From Chiloscyllium plagiosum (Eukaryota), in contig NC_057718.1 of NCBI RefSeq assembly GCF_004010195.1, positions 38,129,152 through 38,193,151 of the forward strand: a stretch of 64,000 bases of DNA, read 5' to 3'. Positions 26,280 to 37,518 of the stretch are shown in pieces. Within the stretch, counting starts at the first letter, position 1. Each line of letters starts with the position of its first letter. The notes below the pieces were generated by a model that saw only the letters and a program-made list of their open reading frames with translations, did not search any database and was not told the origin of the DNA. A program made the position numbers and the translations under genes.

Positions 26280-26830
26280 TGACATACTCATCTTTACTCC
26301 CTGCCTCAATATTTGCTTCATGCCACTGATTTCTAATTCCTTCCCATGCACTTTATCAGCTTGAATCAGACTGCCGAATGCGAGAGATCATGTTGACCTG
26401 AATTGAGCTTGAAACCCACTTCCTGTCTATAACCACTTGCAGCATTTCCTACTTCCGCCTTTCTTCAGCCGCTGAGATCCTTATCCACTTCTTCACTTTC
26501 AGACTTCATCAGATGACTATCCTTGCTGGCTTCACATCCTTCATCTCCCAGAAATCCCAACTTGTTCAGAACTCTGACCTGTATTACCTATCCCACATTT
26601 ATTGGCATGTTGTCATCACTCTGGTCTTGAGTGCTCTACATCAGCTTATCCTTCTCTTTTTTTTTGTTCCCCCCTCCCCCATGTATCACTTTTGAAATCT
26701 CTGTACTCAGTTGCTACAGTTTCTCTTAACTCTGCTTCCTCTCAGTGTTCCTTTCGTTATGAAATTGGGCCTTTTGTTCTCTTTTACCCCAGTGTGCAGT
26801 TGGCTCAGTCTCCTTTGCCTTTTGCTCTGT
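26280..26830 (+). mobile_element. Ancient L2-type LINE 3' remnant
   Basis: Broken peptide traces AAEILIHFFTFRL..ILAGF..QLVQNS..VITLVLSALHQL, resembling the L2 ORF2 C-terminus (SRLDY..LLAGL..LQLVQNSAAR..HITPVL..LHWL). Confidence 0.55.
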
Positions 26831-27364
26831 GAAGGTCCTCCCAACTTTAGGTGCCAGAAATTCTTATTCCGTTGGTTCTGTTCTTGCAGACAATTGACAA
26901 CCGAGCCACAGATCTCTAATTTTGTGGATACATAAGTCAGCTTCTATTAAGTTCCATTCACCTGTGATGGTTTTATATATGCCGGATATGTTATTCAGAG
27001 ATATGAACTAGCTTCTGCAAAAAGTTGAGTTCTTTTAACCAGCACGTGGATTTGTGCAGGTACTTGTGTGCTACTGAAGTTACATGTGGTAACAAGGCCT
27101 CACTTTTCCAGATATCCTTGCCATTTGTTTGCCCTGGAAAATCTGTGTGGCTAAAAGTTTACATCTGAAGCAAGGGCCAAAATGGCATGTGCACTCTGCC
27201 TGTCTATCTGTCTGTCTGTCTGTCTCTCCCTTCCTTTCCATTCCCCAGGGCTGCTCTTCATCTTTTCTTTAGGACTACAAATTGGCTTTTAGAAGTTCCT
27301 CATTGAATTCTCACCTGCTCCTTTTATTAGGTGCTGCAGTTGTGCAAAAGCAGCATTCTCAGTA

Positions 27365-28195
27365 CCAAGATGCTGCCTGGATTGGAGGGTTTGTCTTAGG
27401 AAGAGAGGTTGAGTCAGCTAGGGCTTTTCACACTGGAGAGAAGAAGGAAGACAGGTGACTTGATAGAGATGTACCTGGTAATGAGAGGCATAAAGGAACA
27501 CTTCAACCCCAGGGCATCAATGTGGACTTCAACAGCTTCCTCATTTCCCCTTCCCCCACCTTATCCTAGTTTCAAACTTCCAGCTCCGCACTGTCCCCTT
27601 GACTTGTCCGGACTTGTCCGACCTGCCTAGCTCCTTTTCCACCTATCCACTCCACCGTCTCCTCCCTGACCTATCACCTTCATCTCCTCCCCCACTCACC
27701 CATTGTACTCTATGCTACTCTCTCCCCACCTCCACCCTCCTCTAGCTTATCTCTTCACACTTCAGGCTCTCTGCCTTTATTCCTGATGAAGGGCTTTTGC
27801 CCAAAACGTCGATTTCGCCTGCTCGTTGGATGCTGCCTGAATTGCTGTGCTCTTCCAGCACCACTGATCCAGAATGAGAGGCATAAGTAGAGTAGATAGC
27901 CAGAGGCTTTTCCCCAGGGCAGAAATGGCTATCATGAGGGGGTCATAATTTTAAAGTGATTGGAAGAAGGTATAGGGGAGATTTCTTTACACAGAATGGT
28001 GGGTGTGTGGAATGCACTGCCAGCGGTGATAGTAGAGTCCGAGACATAAGGGACATATAAGCGACTGCTGGACAAGCACATGGATGGCAGTAAATTGAGG
28101 GGTGTGCAGGTTCGGTTGAACTTAGATTAAGATAAATGCTTGACGCAACATCATGGGCCTGTACTGTATTGTGCTGGCCTGTTCTGGTTCCATAT
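27365..28195 (+). mobile_element. CR1 3' fragment interrupted by a PLE pseudo-LTR
   Basis: MLPGLEGLS*EERLSQLGLFTLERRRKTGDLIEMY, resuming after 27886 with CR1 sequence. Confidence 0.85.
27494..27872 (+). mobile_element. PLE 3' end / pseudo-LTR (family A) with a 14-bp TSD
   Basis: Colinear with 29690-30056. AATGAGAGGCATAA is duplicated at 27480-27493 and 27873-27886. Confidence 0.9.
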
Positions 28196-28755
28196 ATTGA
28201 TAACAGGGGTATTTGGACTTGAGTCAAAAAGTGTGGCGCTGGTAAACCACAGCAGCTGCATTTGAAGAGGAGGAGAATTGACGTTTCAGGCATAAGCAGG
28301 AATGAGGGAGGTGATGGGGGGGCCAAGGTGGCTGGGAGGTTAATTGCAGTGGGGTGGGGCTGGGGGAAGGTGGCTTGGAAGGTGATAGGTTTGAACAATA
28401 TTCTCAATTGTCACTGCTCCTTTAAACTTAAAGCCACAATATCAGGAAAGCTTTAAATTCTGGGATTCACCAGTCTTTAAATTAGCACAAGGTAACAAGC
28501 ATACATTAGCAATGAAAATTCATTAAAAAAAACTTACATAAGCCATCAACTAAGCACGTTTTCCACAGGAGAACTTTCTCATTTAATTAGTAGTCCATCA
28601 CTGAGATGCCATATTAAATAAAACCCAACTACATTGTGCTGTGATGTGAGATTGTTAGTTGCTTAGTTGCTCAAGATTAAAGTTGTTGCTTTAGGATTTG
28701 AAAAGCCGTTCATTCAAATCCTCATTTGGGGCTTAGGAAGAAATAGAATTGGGGC

Positions 28756-30057
28756 CATCCTGACCTTAAATTTACCTGGACCATCTCTGACACCTCCCTC
28801 CCCTTCCTGGACCTCTCCATCTCCATTAATGACGATCGACTTGACACTGACATTTTTTACAAACCCACCGACTCCCACAGCTACCTGGATTACACCTTTT
28901 CCCACCCTACCTCTTGCAAAAATGCTATCCTGTATTCCCAATTCCTCCGCCTCCGCCGTATTTGCTCCCAGGAGGACCAGTTCCACCACAGAACACACCA
29001 GATGGCCTCCTTCTTTAGAGACCGCAATTTCCCTTCCCACGTGGTTAAAGATGCTCTCCAAAGCATCATGTCCACATCCCGCACCTCCGCCCTCAGACCC
29101 CACCCCTCCAACTGTAACAAACACAGAACGCCCCTGGTGCTCACCTTCCACCCTACCAACCTTGGCATAAACCAAATCATCCACCGACATTTCCGCCACC
29201 TCCAAAATGTCCCACCACCAGGGATATATTTCCCTCCCCACCCCTTTCTGCCTTCCGCAAAGACCGTTCCCTCTGTGACTACCTGGTCAGGTCCACGCCC
29301 CCCCTACGACCCACCCTCCCATCCTGGCACCTTCCCCTGCCACCGCAGGAATTGCAAAACCTGCGCCCACACCTCCTCCCTCACCTCCATCCAAGTCCCT
29401 AAAGGAGCCTTCCACATCCATCAAAGTTTTACCTGCACATCCGCCAATATCATTTATTGTATCCGTTGCTCCCAATGCGGTCTCCTCTACATTGGGGAGA
29501 CTGGACGCCTCCTAGCAGAGTGCTTTAGGGAACATCTCTGGGACACCCGCACCAATCAACCACACCGCCTTGTGGCCCAACATTTCAACTCCCCCTCCCA
29601 CTCTGCCGAGGACATGGAGGTCCTGGGCCTCCTTCACCGCCGCTCCCTCACCACCAGACGCCTGGAGAAAGAACACCTCATCTTCCGCCTCGGAACGCTT
29701 CAACCCCAGGGCATCAATGTGGACTTCAAAAGTTTCATCGTTTCCCCTTCCCCCACCTCGCCTTAGTTTCAAACTTCCAGCTCAGCACTGTCCCCATGAC
29801 TTGTCCTACCTGCCTGTCTTGTTTTCCACCTATCCACTCCACCCTCCTCCTTGACCTATCACCTTCATCCCCTCCCCCACTCACCTATTGTACTCTATGC
29901 TACTTTCTCCCCACCCCCACTCTCCTCTAGCTTATCTCTCCACCCTTCAGGCTCTCTGCCTTTATTCCTGATGAAGGGCTTTTGTCCGAAACGTCGATTT
30001 TACTGCTCCTTGGATGCTGCCTGAACTGCTGTGCTCTTCCAGCGCCACTAATCCAGA
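28756..30057 (+). mobile_element. Penelope-like retroelement (family A, probably Neptune-type), 5'-truncated: RT C-terminus, Cys-rich linker, GIY-YIG endonuclease, pseudo-LTR
   Basis: HPDLKFTWTISDTSLPFLDLSI..FYKPTDSHSYLDY.SHP..KNAI.YSQFLRLRRICS, then CHRRNCKTC, then FTCTSANIIYCIRCSQCGLLYIGETGR..FREH..VAQHF..KEHLIFRLGTLQPQGIN. C-rich 3' repeat with a hammerhead motif at 29968-29995. Confidence 0.93.
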
Positions 30058-30177
30058 CTCTTAGTCTTAGACAGTCCCTTGAGATCAAGGATGAGCTTGG
30101 GCAGTCTTGGGCAAGTGGTTCTCATGAACCGGTGAGTAAATTGCATCTTCTCAGGGAGGCTTTGAGGATGTCTTCTG

Positions 30178-30523
30178 AGGCGGTATGATGGCTCGGTGGT
30201 TAGCACTGGTGCTTCTGAGTGCTGGGGACCCGGGTTCATTCCCAGCCTCTGGCGACTATCTGTATGGAGTTTACATGTTCACCCAGTGTCTGCATGGATT
30301 TCCTCTGCATGCTCCGGTTTCCTCCCACAGTCCAGCGGTGCGCAGATTAGATGAATTGGCCATGCTAAATTGCCCATAGTGTCCAGGGATGTGGATTATT
30401 CATAGGAAATGTAGGGTTACGGGGATAGGGTAGAGTAGGGGTAGGTCTGGGTGGGATGTTGTTTGGAGGGTTGGTGTAGACTTGATGGGCTGAATGGCTT
30501 GTTTCCACACTGTTGGGATTCTG
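30178..30523 (+). mobile_element. HE1/V-SINE (diverged)
   Basis: TGGCTCGGTGGTTAGCAC head, GGGTTCATTCC B-box and central domain. Confidence 0.88.
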
Positions 30524-30567
30524 TGAGACAATGTTGGTGCCCAGCAGGAGTTGCTTAAATGTGGGGT

Positions 30568-31430
30568 ATAGAATCATAGAGGTCTTCTGCGCAGAAAAAG
30601 GCTCTTTGGTGTATCTAGTCTGTGCCAGTCAAAAGCAAGAACTTAACTGTTCTAAACTCATTTTTCAGCACTTAGTGCATAACCTTGTATGCCTTGATGT
30701 TGCAAGTGTGCATCTAAATGCTTCTTTCATGTTCTGGGGTTTATGTCTCTACCGCTGTTATAGACAGAGTTCCAGATTCCTAACACAGTCTGCATGAAAA
30801 AATAAATCTGCCCCTTAGTTTAAACCTATGTCCCCAGGTCATTTTTTGACTTTGATTTATTGTTGCCATCATACCATACAAAGTGCATCAGGGTACCAGA
30901 ACAGAGTGTAGAATATAGTGTTGGAGCTGCAGACAAGGTGCAGAGATAGAGAAAGTGAGATGGACTTTAACATTTGAGAGGTCTGTTCAAAAGTCTAATA
31001 CCAGGGGAGAAGTGGTTCTTCAGTCTGTTCAAACTTTTATATCTCCTGCCCAACGGAAGAGGGTGGAAGCGACTAGAACTGAGGTGGGCGTGGTCTACCA
31101 AGGGGAAAAATTTATTCTCATGCATACTATCTATACCCTTCAAAATTTTATACATTTTAATCATGTCTCCTCTGCTTCGAGCACAACAACCCCAGTCTAT
31201 CCAGTTGTTTGCAACTGAAACTCATAAGCCCAGGCAACATCCTGATGAATCTACTCTGCATACACTCCAGGGCAATCAAGTCCCTCCTATCATATGGGTT
31301 CTGGAACTGCGCACTATATTCTAGCTGTGCTCCAGAAAATGTTTTCCTCCAGTGTAACCTTTATGCACTTAAACTCTTGGTCTCAGCAAATAAAAGTAAG
31401 TATCCCGTATGCCTCCTTAAGCAGTGTATA
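30568..31430 (-). mobile_element. Old CR1 3' fragment containing a Rex1/Babar insert
   Basis: CR1 3' features (minus-strand MIKMYKILKGIDSMHENKFFPL) on both sides of 30845-31096. Confidence 0.7.
30845..31096 (-). mobile_element. Rex1/Babar-type LINE 3' fragment
   Basis: Minus-strand FHPLPLGRRYKSL..NRLKNHFSPGIRLLN resembles the Rex1/Babar C-terminal motif LPSGRRYRS..RL.NSFFP.AIRLLN. Ends in AATAAATCAAA. Confidence 0.65.
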
Positions 31431-31520
31431 GGAATGCTTTTTAAATTTGTTGTCTAGTTGTGCATGTTGTTGACTAAGGCATCATTTATTGCCCCTCCCT
31501 CATAGCCTCTTGAGGATGCA

Positions 31521-31672
31521 GGGTAAAAACAATGACTGCAGATGCGAGAAACCCGATTTTGGATTAGTTGTGCTGTCTAAGACTAAGAGTCTGGATTAGT
31601 GGTGCTGGAAGAGCACAGCAGTTCAGGCAGCATCCGAGGAGCAATAAAATTGACGTTTTGGGAAAAAGCCCT
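31521..31672 (-). mobile_element. Short composite PLE pseudo-LTR insertion with an 11-bp TSD
   Basis: TTGAGGATGCA at 31510-31520 and 31673-31683. Two overlapping pLTR pieces lie inside. Confidence 0.8.
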
Positions 31673-34600
31673 TTGAGGATGCACAGTCTTGTTAGAAAGG
31701 CACAGTCTTGTTAGAAAGGGAATTGGGATTTTGAACCAGTAAAAACGAAGGGATAGTGATACTGTTCCACCTAAGGATAGTGTGACTTAGCAAAAAAACG
31801 AAACAGCCGTGAATGCTGGAAATCAGAAACTAAAACAGAAAAACTCTGCATGTCTGGCAGCATCTGTTGAGAGAACTCAGAGTTAACGTTTCAGGTCCAG
31901 TCCCCTTCTTCTGAACTGACTTGGTGTTAATGGGTGGAGGAAAAATGATGATGTATTTCCAAGCAGTAATATCCTTTGTATGTCTTTACTATGTAGTTCG
32001 CCAAGAGACATTCAGAACTTGTCAGTGAGGTTTATCAGCAGTTGCAAAATAAAGAATTGGTTAGTTTTACTGAAGGCCAGTGTTTATGGAGTGTAATGTA
32101 AATTTACAGTTCATGTACATCAGCTGTTGGTTGCTGACAGACAAGGCTGCCTGTGTTTGGAGCCAGTTTGCACAGTGTGTCGTTCAACTCCTTGTCTCCC
32201 TACTTCATCACTGCATACTTGGTTACTAAGCTTTGCTAGTCAGTGACAAAATGGAACATTTAAATGTGGAAATATAGCTGTTCTGAAAGAAGAGGTTCCA
32301 TCATAGTTCTGCTTTAATGATTCTCATTTGCATTTAAAATGTTAACTGCCTTGTATTTTCCCCAACTTTTCTTTTGGAAACTTTGCAAGAAATATCGAAA
32401 TTTTATCTTAGTCCACATAAATGTAATTAATGTCAACTGGAGATATTATCAAGTTGTCCCAGACTTAGATCAAGCCTGAGAATATTTTTATCCAGTACAA
32501 AATCTTTGAGCTGCCGCCTGATATGATCATACATTCATAGAATTGTACAGCATGGAAACAGATCCTTTGGTCTAACCCTTCCATGCTGACCAGATAGCCC
32601 AACCTAATCTAGTCCCATTTGCCAGCACTTGGCCCATATCTCTCTAAACCCTTCCTATTCATATACCCAGCCAGATGCCTTTTAAATGTTGCAATTGTAC
32701 CCGTTTCCATCACTTCCTTTGGTAGCTCATTCCATACATGCACCATCCTCTGTGTGAAAACGTTGACACTTCGATCCCTTTTATACCTTACCCCTCTCAC
32801 CCTAAACCTATGCCCTCTAATTCTGGACTCCCCCCATCCTAAGGAAAAGACTTTGTCTATTTACCCTATCCATGCCCCTCATGATTTTATAAACTCCTAT
32901 GAGGTCACCCCTCAGCCTCCGACGCTGTAGGGAAAACAGCCCCACCCTGTTCAGCCTCTCCCTATAGCTCAGATTCTTCAACCCTGGCAACATCCTTGTA
33001 AATCTTTTCTGAACCCTTTCAAGTTTCACAAATTCCTTCCGATAGGAAGGAGACCAGAATTGCGTTCAATATTCAAAAAGTGGCCCAACCAACTTACAGC
33101 AGCAATCTGAGCTCCCAACACCGGTATTCAACACTCAGACCAATAAAGGAAAGCATACCAAACGTCGCCTTCACTATCCTATCTACCTGCGACTCCACTT
33201 TCAAGGAGATATGAACCTGCACTCCAAGGTCGTTTTGTTCAGTAACACTGCCGAGGACCTTACCATTAAGTGTATATGTCCTGCTAAGATTTGCTTTTCC
33301 AAAATGTAGCACCTTGCATTGATCTAAATTAAACTCCATTTGCCACTCCTCAGCCCATTGGCCCATCTGATCAAGATCTCCTTGTAATCTGAAGTGACCT
33401 TCTTCGCTGTCCACTACACTTCCAAGTCCTCTGCAATCTTACTAACTATATCTCCTTTGTTCATATCCAAATCATTTATATAAATGACAAAAAGTAGTGG
33501 ACCCTGTGCTGATCCTTGTGACACTACACTGGTCACAGGCCTTGTCTGAAAAACAGCCCTCCACCACCCTCTGTCTTCTACCTTTGAGCCAGTTCTGTAT
33601 CCAAATGTCTAGTTCTCCCTGAAATCCGTGAGATCAAACTTTGCTAACCAGTTTCCCATGGGGAACCTTGTCGAACGCCTTACTGAAGCCCATATAGATC
33701 ACGTCCATCACGCTGTCCTTATCAATCCTCTTTGTTAATATCTTCAAAATACTCAATCTAGTTCCTGAGACACGATTTTCTACGCACAAAGCAATGTTGG
33801 CTATCCCTGATCAGTTGTTGCCTTTGCAAATACGTGTACATCCTGTCCCTCAGGATTCCCTCCAACAACTTGCCCACCCTCGATGTCAGGCTCACTGGTT
33901 TATAGTTCCCTGGCTTGTCCTTAGCAGCTTTCTTAAATAATGGTACCACATTAGCCAACCTCCAGTCTTCACCACACCTGTGACTATCGATGATACAAAT
34001 ATCTTAGTAAGAGGCCCAACAATCACTTCCCTAGCTTCCCACAGAATTCTAGGGTACACCTGATCAGGTCCTGAGGATTTATCCATCTTTATGCGTTTCA
34101 AGACATTCAGCACTTCCTCCTCTGTAATGTGGTCATTTGTCAAGATGTCACCATCTACTTCCCTACATTCTTTATCTTCCATATCATTTCCACAGTAAAC
34201 ATTTATCCAAAATACTTGTTTAGTATCTCCCCCATTTTCTGCGGCTCCACACAAAGGCTGCCTTGCTGATCTTTGAGGGGCCCTATTCTCTCCCTAGTTA
34301 CCCTTTTGTCCATAATGTATTTGTAAAAACCCTTTGGAATCTCCTTAACCTTATTTGCCAAAGCTATCTCATGTCCCCTTTTTGCCCTCCTGATTTCCCT
34401 CTTAAGTATACACCTACTTCTTTTATACTCTTCTAAGGATTCACTGAATGTATCTTGTCCATGCCTGACATATTCTTCCTTCTTTTTCTTAACCAAACCC
34501 TCAATTTTTTTAGTCATCCAGCATTCCCTATATCTACCAGCCTTTCCTTTGACCCTAACAGGAATATACTGTCTCTGGACTCTCATCTCATTTCTGAAGG

Positions 34601-35055
34601 TTTCCCATTTTCCAGCCATCTCTTTAACTGCGAACATGTGCACCCAATCAGCCTTTGAAAGTTATTGCTTAATACCGTCAAAATTGCCCTTCCTCCAATT
34701 TAGAAGTTCAACTTTTAGATCTGGTCTATCCTTTTCCATCATTATTTTAAAACCAATTGAATTATGGTCACTGGCCCCACAGTGCTCCCCCACTGACACC
34801 TCAGTCACTTGCCCTGCCTTATTTCTCAAGAGTAGGTCGAACTTTGCACCTTCTCTAGTCGGTACATCCATATACTGAATCAGAAAGTTTTCTTGTACAC
34901 ATTTAACAATTTCCTCTCCATCTTAACCCTTAACACTATGGCAGTTTCGTCCATGTACTACCGTGACCACCCAATTATTCTTACAGATAACTAAAATCTC
35001 CTTACAAATTTGTTTCTCAATTTTCCACTGACTATTAGGTGGTCTATACTACAAT

Positions 35056-36053
35056 GGAGAAAATGAGGACTGCAGATGCTGGAGATCAGAGCTGAAAATG
35101 TGTTGCTGGAAAAGCGCAACAGGTCAGGCAGCATCCAAGGAGCAGGAGAATTGACGTTTTGGGCATGAGCCCTTCTTCAGGAATTAGGAAAGTGTGCCCA
35201 GCAGGCTAAGATAAAATGTAGGGAGGAGTGACTTGGGGGAGGGGCGTTGGAAATGCGATAGATGGAAGGAGGTTAAGGTGAGGGTGATAGGCCGGAGCTT
35301 GTAGAATCATTCTCATATAGCTACTGTACTATATGTGTAATCATTCCCAAATGTCTGCTGTTGCACCTGTACAATCACTCTCATATAATCGCTGTTCTGG
35401 CTATTTAATCACTCTCAGATATCTATTTGTTCTATCTGTGTCATCAATCCCAGATATTTGCAGTTCCATCTGTTCAATCACTCTTGGATATCTACTATTC
35501 CATCTGTATCATCATTCCCAGATACCTGCTGCTCCATCTGTTAGTCACACTTAGATATCCAATATTCCATCTGTATAATCACACCCGGTATTCTGGTATT
35601 TCACCTGTATAATCACTCTCTGATATCTCCTGTTCCACCTATACAATCAATCCCAGATATTCACAATTCAGTTTGCACACTTTCGCTTAGAATCACTCTT
35701 CCAAATGTTTAATCACTGCCAGATATCTGCTATTCCATCAGTGCAGTCACTCCCAGATACCTGCTATTCCATCAGTGCAGTCACTCCCAGATATTTGCTA
35801 TTCCATCTGTATCCTACCTGTCCATCTTCCTTCCACTCCACTCTCCTCTCCAACCTATCATCTTCACCCCCACCGTTATCTACCTATCACACTCTCAGCT
35901 ATCTTTCCCCCAGCCCCATCCTCCTCCCATTTATCTCTCAGCCCCCTTGCCCACAAGCCTCATTCCTGATAAAGGGCTCATGCCCGAAACGTCGATTCTC
36001 CTGCTCCTTGGATGCTGCCTGACCTGCTGCGCTTTTCCAGCAACACATTTTCA
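35056..36053. mobile_element. Composite insertion: inverted PLE pLTR, 34-bp minisatellite, direct PLE pLTR
   Basis: pLTR (-) at 35056-35298 and pLTR (+) at about 35810-36053. Flanked by GGTCTATACTACA (35041-35053) and GGTCTGTACTACA (36054-36066). Confidence 0.8.
35300..35810. repeat. Degenerate minisatellite, ~34-bp unit, about 14-15 copies
   Basis: Unit resembles (A/T)CAATCACTCCCAGATATCTGCTATTCCATCTGT, for example TCAATCACTCTTGGATATCTACTATTCCATCTGT. Confidence 0.85.
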
Positions 36054-37284
36054 GGTCTGTACTACACTCCCAATAAAGTGATCATCCCTTTCTTATGTCT
36101 CAGTTCCATCCAAATAACTTCCCTGGATGTATTTCTGAGAATATCCTCCCAAAGTACAGCTGTATTGCTATCCATAATCAAAAACGCTACTGCTCCTCCT
36201 CCCTTGCCTCCCTTTATAACCTTTCTATAGCATTTGTATCCTGGAACATCAATCTGCCAGTCCTGTCCATCCCTGAGCCACGTTTCTGTGATTGCTATGA
36301 TATCCCGGTTCCATGTGGGTAGAGCCTTGGCCCGATGTGAGTCAGAAAACAATTAATGGATTTATGAGGCACTATTAAATCATAATGTATTACAAAACTG
36401 AACAATCCTTGCAAGAGTTTGTTTTTCAGGTTGTGAACTTTTTTCATAGTTTTAGTAATTCTGTCAGTTCACAGCCCTTCAGTGTTAAGTTCTTTTTCCT
36501 GAGTTGTTACACACTTTGTGCAACTGCAACACAACAACTTCTGTGAACAAGCAACCAAATTTATTAAGCACAATACAGTACAGGCTTTCTAGAGGAACTT
36601 GAAACACACACCTCTCAGATCTTTACAGGGTAGTGGCAAAAGCTCTCCCTGAACAAAGGAAACAAAACTCCGAACATCACAGTTAGTACTGCCCACAAGA
36701 CAACCCTCAGCTTTCCCTCATAGCCACATGCCACTCAAGATACAATGCAGTGACCACCCCACCTCCAGAAACAATGTAATGCGAATCATCCCTTAATGGT
36801 CAAATCTGTTGCAAATCATTGTTTGTAACTATAGGGGAGAATTGTAATATTGTTACTGATTTCTGGATGAGAATGTAAATCATCCCTGAATGGCAAGGGT
36901 ATGGCCGTGTAAACCTTCCACATTTCACCTATAAGAAAAAGACACACCACCTTACCTCTGGGCCATTCAATTTCTTGCAGATCAGTAGAGCAAACTAACT
37001 CTTTAATATCTCATCAGAATTCTTTTTACTTGAAGTGGTGGGAACTGCTTCTGGTGATCTCTACAAGTTGAGAAAAGTTACACTCTGCATGCTATTGTTG
37101 AATATATTATAATTTGAAATTGCAGGGCTGAATTCGCATTTATTAATTCTTTTACACTATAGACTAGTATTCTGTTGATCAGCTTTTCATATCTGCTGTA
37201 TATACTCAACGAAAAGTTGATGGTTTGAGGCAGAATTTTTATGTCAAAGTCTGTGTTTTTTGGAATGATGGCACACTTTTTCAG

Positions 37285-37518
37285 GACTTTCACTTCCCTG
37301 TTGTATCATGCTCGGATCAATGGAGCATGCGTGATCCAATTGCTGTCATGTTGGACAGACCTGTTCTGCTGTCCAAGACACATTCTTTGCAGCAACTTTC
37401 TCCACTGCCTACACTGTTGCTGCGTCTCTTGAGCAGTGGCACTCACTGAAGTTTCAACCCAGAAAGTGAGCAGGAGAGTCAAGAGAGGGTGAAAATCAGC
37501 CTGCAAAGGAAGTGGCAA
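37285..37518 (+). other. Candidate internal exon (probably 5'UTR) with dense RNA stems
   Basis: Acceptor ACACTTTTTCAG|G at 37284/37285. Donors AAA|GTGAGC (37465/6) and CAA|GTGAGT (37518/9). Unique, non-repeat sequence. No transcript evidence available. Confidence 0.35.

Larger units (their letters stand above)
32535..36317 (-). mobile_element. CR1 LINE, most of ORF2 (endonuclease to 3' end), pseudogenised; interrupted at 35056-36053
   Basis: Minus-strand DIIAITETWL..GYKCYRK..GGAVA, PTREGAKFDLLL..SDHNSI, KSSGPDQVYPRILWE, ANVVPLFKK..PGNYKPVSLTS, LQGDLD..WQMEFNLDQCKVLHFG, LERVQKRFTRMLPG. Confidence 0.93.

Noticed and set aside
28714..29241. 175-aa minus-strand ORF
   Set aside because: Antisense shadow of the C-rich Penelope coding strand.
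31681..31718. 19-bp tandem duplication beside a PLE insert
   Set aside because: Real, but most simply a slippage or repair scar with no sign of function.
35300..35810. CRISPR-like ~34-bp periodicity
   Set aside because: The units are contiguous degenerate tandem repeats with no unique spacers or cas genes, in a vertebrate context.
37264..37450. C/D or H/ACA snoRNA call for the structured segment
   Set aside because: ATGATGG is not a canonical C box, no terminal stem pairs with the CTGA, and there is no ANANNA hinge between the hairpins.
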